A stretch of 64,000 bases of DNA, taken from NCBI GenBank assembly GCA_017410065.1, contig JAFQRL010000047.1, positions 3,921 through 67,920 of the forward strand. Direction: 5' to 3'. The translations under genes were made by a program, and so were the position numbers. The stretch comes from Clostridia bacterium. Lineage in GTDB: Bacteria; Bacillota; Clostridia; Oscillospirales; CAG-272. Within the stretch, counting starts at the first letter, position 1. Each line of letters opens with the position of its first letter. The notes under the pieces were generated by a model. That model ran no database searches. It was given only the letters and a program-made list of their open reading frames with translations, and was not told where the DNA came from. This document shows positions 39,248 to 48,754 of the stretch, in pieces.

Positions 39248-39406
39248 AAAGTCCTCCTAAATTGGGTTTATTTTTGAAGTAAGGCGTTTTTCGCTCAAAA
39301 AGGCTCGATCAAGAGCGTTGAAAAATGCAGATTTTCCAATAGAAAACGCCTTTTTAATGTGGGATACGATTTTAGGTGTTAGAAAAGGAAAAATGCCGTT
39401 TTTCTT

Positions 39407-39465
39407 CGGTCAAGACCGTAAAACTGCCTTCGCGGGCGGTAGCAAATTTTAACGGTCAAGACCGT
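39407..39465. promoter_or_regulatory. two copies of the inverted repeat CGGTC-AA-GACCG (possible ParB/operator sites)
   Basis: CGGTCAAGACCG lies at 39407-39418 and ACGGTCAAGACCGT at 39452-39465. Both are upstream of the 97-aa/parB-like operon. The 2-nt loop is too short for an RNA hairpin. Confidence 0.4.
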
Positions 39466-39469
39466 GTTT

Positions 39470-40819
39470 TTATCTGTCCTCGCGTCCGTCCTTTTTGGGG
39501 GCGGATTTTTGTTTTTCTTGCTCCAATAGTTGCGGGAACTCGATCAGCATTACAGTTCGCTCAACGGATGCGCTTCGGTCATAGACATCCTTGCACATTG
39601 CGAACTCCTTGCGAAGCGTTTTTATCTTGGCAGAGATTGCAAAGATTTCATCGCGTATCGGTTGTTCCTGCTCGGGATCCTTTTCCCAACGGATTTTGTT
39701 CCAAAGTGCTCGTCGTTCCTTGCACAACACTTTAATCTGAGGATCAATCTTCAGCGCGTGCTGAATAAGATCGTCCTTCGTTTCAAGTCCGTACTTGCCG
39801 AGGAACTTTGCTTGCTCCGAGTACATACGGGCGCGGCGAATATCATCCTTGATGGCGGCATAAGCTTCGGGATTTTTAGGAATGACCTTCGGTATCGAAC
39901 CAAGCAGGTAGAGGTAGTGAAGATATAGGGCGCGAAGTCCTTTTGGCTTCTCCTGCAAGGTTGGCTTGTAATACTCAATCTTTTTCCATTCCATCGTCTG
40001 TGCATTACGCCTTACCCTCGCTTCTATATCAGCCTCGGTATATCCCGCGCCGAGCTTGTCCATACGGAAGAACTTGTTAGAGCCATACGGCTTGATGCGA
40101 AGATACTGTCCTCGGTATTCAAACGTGTAGCCGAGGTCGCGCATACGTCTATAAAAGTTTTTCAAGGTAAGTTCAAAATTGGATATTGCCATAATATCCG
40201 CGCGTATCTGATCTCGCATTGTGGGAATACCTTTCTTTTCTGCGTGAACCTCTGCAATATGCTTGGTGTCTTGCTGCTTCGGCTTCTCGATAACCGACAG
40301 ACCGTACTCCCTGCAAAGTCTGTCCGAGGTTTCGCGCATTAGCTTATAGGTCGCCTTGCAATCGTGATACCGCTTTCCCGAAAATCCCGTTGCCGATAGA
40401 CAGAAGTGATTGTGTACGTGTCCGCGATCTATATGGGTGGCGACGACAACGGGAAAGTCTTCGCCCCATAGCTCATTAGCAAGCTGAACACCAATAGCGT
40501 GAGCAACGTCGGGAGTAACCTCGCCGGGCTTGAAGGATTGGTAGGCGTGATAGGCTTGAATGTCTGAACTGTCTGTATCCTCCAAGAGTGTTAGCATCAC
40601 ATCGTTCGCGTTCTCGGGTGTGCAGTTAATTCCCGTGACAAATTTCTTTTCCTCCGTTGCGAAATGTTCGGGTGGTAGTCCAAGTATCTCGGCGGCAAGT
40701 TGTTCTGCTACGTCAACGTTTTTGTTCTCCATCTCAATCGTGGTTTTGTTCTTGTTCGCAACGTAAGCGAGCAGCTTACTGACGTGTGCGCTTACGTCCC
40801 AAATTTTAGTTGTTGCCAA
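39470..40819 (-). CDS. MobA/VirD2-family relaxase
   Basis: The histidine triad is HIDRGHVHNHF. The N-terminal relaxase fold region spans ~200 aa. The protein is 449 aa. Confidence 0.85.
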   Translation of the reverse strand: MATTKIWDVSAHVSKLLAYVANKNKTTIEMENKNVDVAEQLAAEILGLPPEHFATEEKKFVTGINCTPENANDVMLTLLEDTDSSDIQAYHAYQSFKPGEVTPDVAHAIGVQLANELWGEDFPVVVATHIDRGHVHNHFCLSATGFSGKRYHDCKATYKLMRETSDRLCREYGLSVIEKPKQQDTKHIAEVHAEKKGIPTMRDQIRADIMAISNFELTLKNFYRRMRDLGYTFEYRGQYLRIKPYGSNKFFRMDKLGAGYTEADIEARVRRNAQTMEWKKIEYYKPTLQEKPKGLRALYLHYLYLLGSIPKVIPKNPEAYAAIKDDIRRARMYSEQAKFLGKYGLETKDDLIQHALKIDPQIKVLCKERRALWNKIRWEKDPEQEQPIRDEIFAISAKIKTLRKEFAMCKDVYDRSASVERTVMLIEFPQLLEQEKQKSAPKKDGREDR

Positions 40820-41177
40820 ACACCTTCACTCCTTTCTTCGCGTACTCTTGTTGAATTGTTCCAAGCACCTTCATCACCTCGTCAGCGGTTCGTTTGTATT
40901 CAAGCTCATCCACAAATCCAAGCGAGTGCGCCTTCGCCGCGATTTGATTCATACTTACACCCAAACGTCTTAGCTCACGAGTAAATTCCTTTACCTCCAC
41001 AGAGGGCGGTTCAATGGGAGCTATCCATTGAATGACGAGGCGTAGATATTTGCTCTTGTCACGCCCGAAGGTTGCTGCATTTTCGCACAGCTTCTGATAT
41101 TCCTCGTCGTTCAAATAGAACTTAACGAGGTTCTTGCGCTTGCGCCCGCCTTTTACCGTTACTTGCTTTTCTTCCAT
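40806..41177 (-). CDS. MobC-like relaxosome accessory protein
   Basis: The RHH-like N-terminus is KRKNLVKFYLNDEEYQKL. ELRRLGVSMNQIAAKAH matches the MobC motif. The gene overlaps the relaxase start. Confidence 0.8.
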   Translation of the reverse strand: MEEKQVTVKGGRKRKNLVKFYLNDEEYQKLCENAATFGRDKSKYLRLVIQWIAPIEPPSVEVKEFTRELRRLGVSMNQIAAKAHSLGFVDELEYKRTADEVMKVLGTIQQEYAKKGVKVFGNN

Positions 41178-41257
41178 TTGAATTGTCCTCCTTAATTTTT
41201 TTCAAAATTTTGTTGCGGATTTTGAAGTACGGGGGTCTGGGGTTCTCCACATCTTTC

Positions 41258-41278
41258 GCATTTTGTGTCCACAAATGC
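41258..41278. other. candidate oriT inverted repeat
   Basis: GCATTTTGTG-tc-CACAAATGC lies ~80 nt upstream of mobC. A second imperfect inverted repeat, TTGTCAA-gaaaa-TTGACAG, lies at ~41284-41302. Confidence 0.3.
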
Positions 41279-41852
41279 AGTGCTTGTCAAGAAAATTGAC
41301 AGACGAAAAGTCCGTGACAAATTAGAGGTAAACCCTCGCATCCGACTCGCCGTTTTCACCTTCCGAGAAAGCACTCAAAATTGCTTTGACAAAACAAAAA
41401 AGACCCGTACTTACACACACGGATCACGGGAAACACCAAAAAGCGAACGGCGCACGTTCGCTAAAAAATGTCCCGCGCCTATGTATAAGTACGAGTCTAT
41501 AAGCTCGTTTCAATAAGAGAATGCAAGCGCATTCAATGCCGGTTTAGTGGCTGATGGCGACGGATTTCTTGTGAAATAGATTACTGATCAGCGGCTAATG
41601 ATGCCGCGCGTTCTATCTTGTTTTCCAAGCGGCACGAGGTTCATTCTCCACCGCAAGTATTCACGCGAAATATATCTTATTCAGTTGTATAGAACTCAAT
41701 TTGGATGGCAATACTAATAATGGGAAAGTATGCCTATGTAAAATCGAGTATTATATTATATCACAAGCAAGCGGATTTGTCAATAGCTTTTATAAAATTT
41801 CTTAAAAATATTTTTCAAAACTGCCTATCAAGTGGTAAAAGAGCAAAAAGAA

Positions 41853-41893
41853 AGCCGCTATCCAAGCGTGATTTACACGTTAGGATAGCGGCT
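41853..41893 (-). terminator. intrinsic terminator closing the cargo operon
   Basis: A perfect 11-bp stem AGCCGCTATCC/GGATAGCGGCT is followed on the minus strand by TTCTTTTTGCTCTTTT. Confidence 0.8.
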
Positions 41894-41908
41894 ATATTAG
41901 ATTATAAA

Positions 41909-43618
41909 TTATTGCAACAGAGCATTAAGGGATGCAGCTAACATCTTCTTCGGCGGCTTGCCTTGAAGCGTATTTCCAAGGATCTCGCTTACAAATCTGC
42001 ACTCATCATCACTCATATTGACGATAATGCTGAGGCGAAACCTTGCGCGCGATGCACCAACATAGAAGACTAAGTTGTTGCCTCCCACGTCAAACGTACT
42101 TCTTGTTACATCAACCAATACTATCGCATCAGCTTCAAGACCTTTGAACTTCCGGCAAGAGGTGAACTTGATTTGACGATTGTTAAATGGATAGCTACCA
42201 TTAACACAATGCGCAGAAAGCCAACTTTGATCTTCGGTTGTGCAAGTTAAGATTACAATGTCCTCGTATTTTTCATCGGTAAGCTTCTTCAAAACCTTGT
42301 TTAGATACTCCAAGGAATCGGCTTCAGATGATGCAATATGTATGTCGGGCGACACGCCCTTAACGCAGCCTTGGAACATCTTTGGCTTCTTGTCTTTTCC
42401 AAGCGGGCGCATAGATGTAATAGCTATGTTTTCGGTATTTCTGCAATTCTTATAAAGGGTTAATTTGCAATCTGAGTCAGCAATATACTGTGGGATTTGG
42501 CGACCTTGAACAAGCTGATTTTTATCGTAGAACAAGTAGAACGTGCCCTTGATTTCATCACTTAAAACTATGCTTTCCAAGGTTTGAATCACGCTTGATT
42601 CCTCTATACGATTTTGTCCAAAGTCTTGTCCTTCGTCAATGATTATGTGTTTATACGGGAACACTCCCGAGTAATACATCTCCATCAAAGTGTTCTCCAA
42701 TTGACCGTAATCAGCCGTTGAAGTATTACACAGATAGCAAGCAAGCGCGTCTATCGTATAGTAGTGAACATTCTCACCCATATATTTCTCGCGAAGGAAG
42801 TCACACAACTTTCTGTTATAACAGAGGAACAAAACCTTCTCTCCGATTTCAGAATGCCTTCTTGCTTTCTCAACGGCAATCATCGTCTTACCCGTACCTG
42901 CCACTCCGCTTATAACTGCATAGGGTTGTTCTTCAAGAAAGTTTAGCAATACCGATTGCTCTTTTAGCAAACGATTAAACGCATTTCTCTTGACAGCTAA
43001 CTCTGATGCAACCGCGGGAACCAAGTCAAACGTCGGACACAAAACCATCGACAAAACCTTTTGAGTTTCCGCTTGGTTTAAGCTTGTTTCTATGTTTGCA
43101 GGCAACTGTATATCGAATATTTTATCAATATCCTCTTTGATATTGGTAAGAGATTCTTTAGTCAAGGTTATGCTTTTATCTCCGTCAGAAGGCATCTGTA
43201 TCATATTCAAGTATGCCCTCGTAATTGAAGGAAACCAAACCGCGTGAAGCACCTTGCACTTATCCCAAAGATTTTGCAGTCCTTTGCGTTGGAAATACTT
43301 TTGGAGCTTCCATTTGTCCGAGTCAGCCTTTCTATATGGCCCTCCGTGGCTCATTTCTATACCGGAGCCATACATCCATTTGCCCGACTCACACTTTACT
43401 TGTCCCGCCTTCGCCTCAATGCAAATGATTCCTTTTTGCGGATTGAAAATGATGAAATCGGTTTCGCTTTCATACTGCACACCATTGACATTATTGATTA
43501 TAACAAAAGAATGAAAGACGTAATATTCATCCGGCAGCTTTGACAGTGCGATAAACATTTCATCTTCGTGACTGCCAATAGGTATATCTATGGGTTTCTC
43601 GGGTATCATTATTGCCAT
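41909..43618 (-). CDS. NERD-nuclease domain fused to SF1 (UvrD-like) helicase/ATPase; Nhi-like architecture
   Basis: The NERD/PD-(D/E)xK residues are ETD54FIIF...ICIE68AK70. Walker A is GVAGTGKT (aa 238-245) and Walker B is IIIDEGQDF. Further SF1 blocks are YKNCRNTENI, FKGLEADAIVLVD and FYVGASRARFRL. Confidence 0.8.
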   Translation of the reverse strand: MAIMIPEKPIDIPIGSHEDEMFIALSKLPDEYYVFHSFVIINNVNGVQYESETDFIIFNPQKGIICIEAKAGQVKCESGKWMYGSGIEMSHGGPYRKADSDKWKLQKYFQRKGLQNLWDKCKVLHAVWFPSITRAYLNMIQMPSDGDKSITLTKESLTNIKEDIDKIFDIQLPANIETSLNQAETQKVLSMVLCPTFDLVPAVASELAVKRNAFNRLLKEQSVLLNFLEEQPYAVISGVAGTGKTMIAVEKARRHSEIGEKVLFLCYNRKLCDFLREKYMGENVHYYTIDALACYLCNTSTADYGQLENTLMEMYYSGVFPYKHIIIDEGQDFGQNRIEESSVIQTLESIVLSDEIKGTFYLFYDKNQLVQGRQIPQYIADSDCKLTLYKNCRNTENIAITSMRPLGKDKKPKMFQGCVKGVSPDIHIASSEADSLEYLNKVLKKLTDEKYEDIVILTCTTEDQSWLSAHCVNGSYPFNNRQIKFTSCRKFKGLEADAIVLVDVTRSTFDVGGNNLVFYVGASRARFRLSIIVNMSDDECRFVSEILGNTLQGKPPKKMLAASLNALLQ

Positions 43619-43630
43619 AATGAACGCCTC

Positions 43631-46600
43631 CTATCTTTTGATTTTTTGAATAAATGCGGGAATATTAAAATTATCATCAAGACAAAAGCTTGTCCAATTA
43701 GTTGATTGAGCTGCTTCAAAGCTCTCGGCATTTTCTCTTAAGAAAAGCAATACTTTAGATGCAGGCCAAACCAAATCAGCAATGATCTTGGTTTCGTCTT
43801 GTACAGTTGTAATGCTTGCGGAATAATGTGGCTTGTCATAGCTACCTTCTTCCATCTGAGAAGCAATCGTTTGAATCAATTCCAATTGATCCTCATCCTC
43901 GGTATCCTGCGATAAGTAATTCCATATTTCATCATACGACATCATCGATTGGTCTTGTCCATCGTTGTTGAAATATGCATTTTGTGTTAAAATGTCCTCC
44001 GCAGGCGGTACAACATCTTCATCTTCAAGCTGAATACCAAAGAAGAAATCCTGCCCATTTTTAACCGAGTTCAAGAAATCAATTGCATAACGGCGCTGCA
44101 AAATGTCGTGTTGCTTTTGATTGTAGTAGTTGCACAAACAACCGTAGCAAGCAGTATCTCCTACCTCACCGCCACAAGTGCATTTACTCACAATAGCCAA
44201 GGCGGCTTCAAGCATTGACATAAACGTGGAAACATTTCTTAATTGACGAACGTAACCCGCGCCACCGGGAGTATTGTCAAAGAGAACAAAACCATAGTTG
44301 CCCATATTGCCCATTGCTTCATTCCTATACCAATGTAAGCATCCCGACAATTCGGTTCGGTCAATATGAAGGCACTTGCTCAATCCCTCAAGCAGTGCAT
44401 ACAAAATTGTCCACGCCTCATTAAGGTCAACTAAGTTTTCGGAAACGAATTTCAGCAAAACAACATCTGTTTGGAATTCGTGACCGATAGAATATCGAGT
44501 TAAGGTATCGCAAGAGCAATTGTATCCATCGGGCTTTTGATGTTTTTCCTTCTTCGACAAATCGTTGCTATCATCATACACCTTGCCATATCCACAAGTG
44601 TTGCAGATGAAGAAGTTCGAAGTATTAAGCACAGCAAGCTCATCCATCTTACTCGTTCCAACCACAACCTTTTTGTTACATACAGAATAGGTATGTGATT
44701 CAATACGTTTACCATCACCTATATAGGAAATAGAACCTTTGTAGGTTCTTTCAGGCTTATCCGTTCCCACATCAACGGGTTCAGCATTATCAACGACAAA
44801 GCCAAATTTAGGAATGATATATTGATGCGTTCCCTTGGGTAATTCGTGTCCGCATTGTCTGCACAACTGAGGAAGCTTTTCTGTCCAAATCGTGCGATTC
44901 AGCGTCTGACACGCGCTACACGTAGCGTAATTGTATTTAGGCCACGAGTAGCCGTTTAACACACGAACATAACGGCTTGTAATCAGTTTGCCATCAGCAA
45001 CCACCTCAGAGTCGGGGGCATATTCAGAAATAGCCGAGAACAAATCTCTATCCAAGCGCAAATCGTTCAAATCACCGCCTTTGCCAAGGCTCGTAAGCTC
45101 GACAGTATCGACCGGGAAACCGTACTTTGGTATTAGATTGTTTCTTGAAAGGAATTCAATCAACCGTTGCTCTTTAATCGTCTTGATAGATGTTCCAATG
45201 TTAATCAGTCTAAACTGAATGTCACGATATTCCTTTGAGCCAAGTTCTAATCCTCTCTGAAGTCTTTGGCATTCTCTGCTTGCACGCTCCAATTCACCAA
45301 TGTCGGTACAATACTTATTGTAAGCAAGTACAAAAACACCGGGAGCATCCGTATCCTCTGAGAACAATCGGTCAACCCAGGCAAATGTATCTACGCCGTA
45401 GAATACCTGCAACTCGCGGCTTACAATACTCTGCAAATATTCTTTTAATTCTTCAGGCTTGGATTGTAAATAGCTCTTTAATTCAGCCATTCCATTGAGA
45501 TCAAAGAACTCGCCAATATTTTTCTTGAACAACTCGGGAGCTTTCTTCCAAAAGAACGAAAATGCCGATGCAAAAATGTGTCTGAGTACAATTTTCTCAT
45601 TATCCACATTAAACGCAGGTGGGATAATCGTTCCTTTGATCATATCCACAGGATTTTTGAAATAGTTCAAATCGTGAGAACTGTTCGGGCAATATGTGAG
45701 AGCATATGCTGCGGACTTTATACTTCGTCCGGCACGTCCTGCTCTCTGTGCATAGTTTGCGGGAGAGGGTGGCATATTTCTCATAAAGACGGTTTCCAAA
45801 GAACCAACGTCAACACCCATTTCAAATGTTGTAGAACAACTCAACACATTGATATGCTCGTTCTTAAAATCGTTTTGATAAGCATATGCCTTTTGAGAGC
45901 CAAGCTGTGCCGTATGCTCCTTTGCAATCATATCTGTCATATTAAGATGACGATAAATGTTATGATAGTGGTCGTGCTCCAAAGCATCTTCAAAGTTATA
46001 TTCCGTCAAATGACCATTACACTTAGGATTACTACAAGTGCCATTAAGGTAGAACGGCGTTACCATCTTACACTCATTACACTTATAAAGTTTTTCAACA
46101 GTTCTAACCGTGATAGCATTTGTTGAAAGCAAATAGCGATTATTAGCACTATCGAAAGATAAAACACCGCTTGTATTAAGCTTTGACCAAATAGACTCCA
46201 ACAGTTTTATAACCATTTCATCAGATAAGTCAGGCTTAATTCTCTTAATCAGCAAAGTTCTAATATTATCCTTGCCGGTAGCGGGAAGCCAAGGTTCAAT
46301 GTATTTGCGTGTGGTATGGTCTTTTACAAAACCAAAGGAAACACCATTGTAAAATATCTCAGCACTCTCAGCCTTACTTACTGTAATCGGCAATTCTATG
46401 GCAGCCTTCTTAACAAAATACAATGCCATCAGTTTGAAAAGAGCCGTAACTTCGCTTGCGCTCATACCCAACTTCGCATTGTCGGGCATATTGATATTTA
46501 TATCAAAATACAGTATGCCCTTGTTCTGCAATGAATTTTTAGCCTTGTAGTTGGTAAGCTCTTTTATAGCATAAATCCACGCCACCTTGTGCCTTGTTTC

Positions 46601-48754
46601 GGGAGCACCGATTTTCAATTGCTCCATTTGTTCTTCCAACAAAGAAACAAAATGGTCTAAGGTAATGCCTCTATTAAACTGCTCGATATTATCCTCGCAG
46701 ATTTTGGTCATTACTCGCTTCATCAAATTACTACGGTAGGTGGTTTCCAAATAGGATGCAAAGAAAGCTGCCGCTTGACGACTATCCGAGAAAGTTAAGA
46801 ACTGCTTGACCAACTCTTTCCTTTCTTCAATCTCCATTTCTTCGGTTTCTCCAAAGAAATCATCCTCCATAACAACGCGCTTTTTAGTTATTTGAGAGTC
46901 CGGCAATACATTGTAAAGTCCCGTTGCAATAACCGCAGTAGCAGCTTCATTACCAAGAAAATACGGTCTTACTATACTTCTCCGAGTATTGATAATATGA
47001 CAGCAAGGGCAACTGTGCAGAGCGTCACCTTTTTCTTTAACCTTCCGCAATAAATTGTGGTACTGCTTATCGTGTCCGCACGATAAACCATCTAAGGAAG
47101 TAGCGTGTTTAATAGCACCGCACTTTGCGCAAACCACATATTTATTGTCCGCTTCCGCTTCATCAATCTCTGACTCATCGTAATCGCCTTCTAAAAGGTA
47201 GACTTCCGGCTCGTAATCGTCGTTGAACTTGGATTTTTGAACCAAATACCCATCTTCCGTTTGACCGACGATGAAAGTAGCATTACAGTTATGGCAGAAA
47301 GAAATAGCAAAGACCTTATAACCGCAATCGTCCGAGAATGGATCTTCCTTGTAGGTTTCCATTTTTCTAACGAACAGATGTCTGTCGGGATTTAGAGTTA
47401 CGTAAACGCCCTCAATTCCTCTCAAAAACATATGGTATCTTGCTTCAAACAGTTTATCCCCGGACACCTGTGCGTTGGATGCTACGGCAATAAAATCCGT
47501 AAGATCGTTAATATCCATACGGAGTTCACTTGCAATTTGGTTCAAGGGCTTTGTTTGATTGAGCATCAACGCTCTAAATTCATAGTAGAACGAGTCGCCC
47601 AATATCATATTGAACAAAGTTTTTTCAAGAGATTTATTGTCATCTGCATCGGCAGCAATAGCAACGCCTTTGGAGCGCAACCACTCCAACACATCGCAAG
47701 AAGCAATATTATCTCTGATTTTTTCAGAAAGTTCCTTGTAAATAGCAAAGTCCAATTTCTCAACCTTTGCAGGCTTCGTGGGTGCTATTGTATGAGATCG
47801 TATGATTGAGCTTTCTTCAAATCTCGTGCTACATAAAGATTGAGCAAAGTTGACGATTTGCTGATTGGATTTGTTATCTCCCAAGGTTGCAGATGTAAGT
47901 ATGAATTGAATATCATCCCTTTTGAGCATAGCCTTAACACGCTTCAAAAGAGTTCCTACCTCAATACCTTTCGCTCCACCGTATGTATGAGCCTCATCAA
48001 GAATAATTGTTTGCCATTTGTCAGCGGTTGCTTCGCTAAAGAATGCCACATCACCCGGTCTGAGCAAGAGGTATTCCAACATCGCATAGTTGGTTATCAG
48101 TATGTTGGGCGGAGTCTTACGCATCTGTTCACGACATATAAGCTCATTTTTAGGCGGCTCAATGCCTTCACGCTCAACGAACTCATTCCTTGCGCGAGTA
48201 AAATCTTCAGCAGTTTCGCCCGTGAACTTACCATAAGTGATAGCGCAGCCTTCATAACTTGCAAACAGTTCTCGGAGTCTTCGTATTTGGTCATTGACCA
48301 AAGCGTTCATTGGATAAATGATCAACGCTCTTACTCCCGCACCAAGAGTTCCTGTTTCTTGTTCCTTCAAGAGTTCATTGACCACGGGAATCAAAAAGCA
48401 CTCGGTTTTACCCGAACCCGTTCCGGTTGTGATTATGAGATTTTTCTTTTCTCCCGCTTTCAAAGCAGCTTCGACTTGGTGGCGGTACAATCTTCTTGCG
48501 TACGGATCAAGTTTGCCGAGATTAAGCATACTTTCACATAAAACGCGCTCGTCTACCAACTCAGATATAGTCTTTTCTTTTTCGTATGAATCACTTACAC
48601 TTACATAAGGACCGCTTGAAATTACGCCGTCCTTTCTAAGCTCCGCTTCGAGCTGACTATTATATTTATCATCGGTTGTCTGAAAAGTTGTAAGCAAGTA
48701 GTTTCTATAAAAGTCTACTATCTGCTTTGAACTTTCAGCAGGTCTAAATAGCAT
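43631..48754 (-). CDS. giant SF2 DEAH helicase with C-terminal DUF1998/MrfA-type Zn-binding domain (DruE-like)
   Basis: Helicase motifs are GTGSGKT (aa 111-117), DEAH (253-256), FSDSRQ (655-660) and QRAGRAGR (1003-1010). The DUF1998 core is LIPKYGFPVD...FDNTPGGAGYV...CTCGGEVGDTACYGCLCNYYNQKQH (Cys 1525-1541). The start ATG shares nt 48754 with the upstream stop. Confidence 0.85.
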   Translation of the reverse strand: MLFRPAESSKQIVDFYRNYLLTTFQTTDDKYNSQLEAELRKDGVISSGPYVSVSDSYEKEKTISELVDERVLCESMLNLGKLDPYARRLYRHQVEAALKAGEKKNLIITTGTGSGKTECFLIPVVNELLKEQETGTLGAGVRALIIYPMNALVNDQIRRLRELFASYEGCAITYGKFTGETAEDFTRARNEFVEREGIEPPKNELICREQMRKTPPNILITNYAMLEYLLLRPGDVAFFSEATADKWQTIILDEAHTYGGAKGIEVGTLLKRVKAMLKRDDIQFILTSATLGDNKSNQQIVNFAQSLCSTRFEESSIIRSHTIAPTKPAKVEKLDFAIYKELSEKIRDNIASCDVLEWLRSKGVAIAADADDNKSLEKTLFNMILGDSFYYEFRALMLNQTKPLNQIASELRMDINDLTDFIAVASNAQVSGDKLFEARYHMFLRGIEGVYVTLNPDRHLFVRKMETYKEDPFSDDCGYKVFAISFCHNCNATFIVGQTEDGYLVQKSKFNDDYEPEVYLLEGDYDESEIDEAEADNKYVVCAKCGAIKHATSLDGLSCGHDKQYHNLLRKVKEKGDALHSCPCCHIINTRRSIVRPYFLGNEAATAVIATGLYNVLPDSQITKKRVVMEDDFFGETEEMEIEERKELVKQFLTFSDSRQAAAFFASYLETTYRSNLMKRVMTKICEDNIEQFNRGITLDHFVSLLEEQMEQLKIGAPETRHKVAWIYAIKELTNYKAKNSLQNKGILYFDININMPDNAKLGMSASEVTALFKLMALYFVKKAAIELPITVSKAESAEIFYNGVSFGFVKDHTTRKYIEPWLPATGKDNIRTLLIKRIKPDLSDEMVIKLLESIWSKLNTSGVLSFDSANNRYLLSTNAITVRTVEKLYKCNECKMVTPFYLNGTCSNPKCNGHLTEYNFEDALEHDHYHNIYRHLNMTDMIAKEHTAQLGSQKAYAYQNDFKNEHINVLSCSTTFEMGVDVGSLETVFMRNMPPSPANYAQRAGRAGRSIKSAAYALTYCPNSSHDLNYFKNPVDMIKGTIIPPAFNVDNEKIVLRHIFASAFSFFWKKAPELFKKNIGEFFDLNGMAELKSYLQSKPEELKEYLQSIVSRELQVFYGVDTFAWVDRLFSEDTDAPGVFVLAYNKYCTDIGELERASRECQRLQRGLELGSKEYRDIQFRLINIGTSIKTIKEQRLIEFLSRNNLIPKYGFPVDTVELTSLGKGGDLNDLRLDRDLFSAISEYAPDSEVVADGKLITSRYVRVLNGYSWPKYNYATCSACQTLNRTIWTEKLPQLCRQCGHELPKGTHQYIIPKFGFVVDNAEPVDVGTDKPERTYKGSISYIGDGKRIESHTYSVCNKKVVVGTSKMDELAVLNTSNFFICNTCGYGKVYDDSNDLSKKEKHQKPDGYNCSCDTLTRYSIGHEFQTDVVLLKFVSENLVDLNEAWTILYALLEGLSKCLHIDRTELSGCLHWYRNEAMGNMGNYGFVLFDNTPGGAGYVRQLRNVSTFMSMLEAALAIVSKCTCGGEVGDTACYGCLCNYYNQKQHDILQRRYAIDFLNSVKNGQDFFFGIQLEDEDVVPPAEDILTQNAYFNNDGQDQSMMSYDEIWNYLSQDTEDEDQLELIQTIASQMEEGSYDKPHYSASITTVQDETKIIADLVWPASKVLLFLRENAESFEAAQSTNWTSFCLDDNFNIPAFIQKIKR

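Noticed and set aside
38070-39485. 13-nt identity (ATCTGTCCTCGCG) at the 3' ends of the parB-like and relaxase genes, both of which encode ...REDR-stop
   Set aside because: The match is too short to distinguish chance or a small duplication from a functional site. No further similarity is seen around it.
39376-41516. Plus-strand ORFs inside the element (39376..39735, 39530..39928, 41265..41516, 41705..41941)
   Set aside because: They overlap the relaxase gene in antisense or lie in the oriT/terminator region. They lack an RBS and any recognisable motif.
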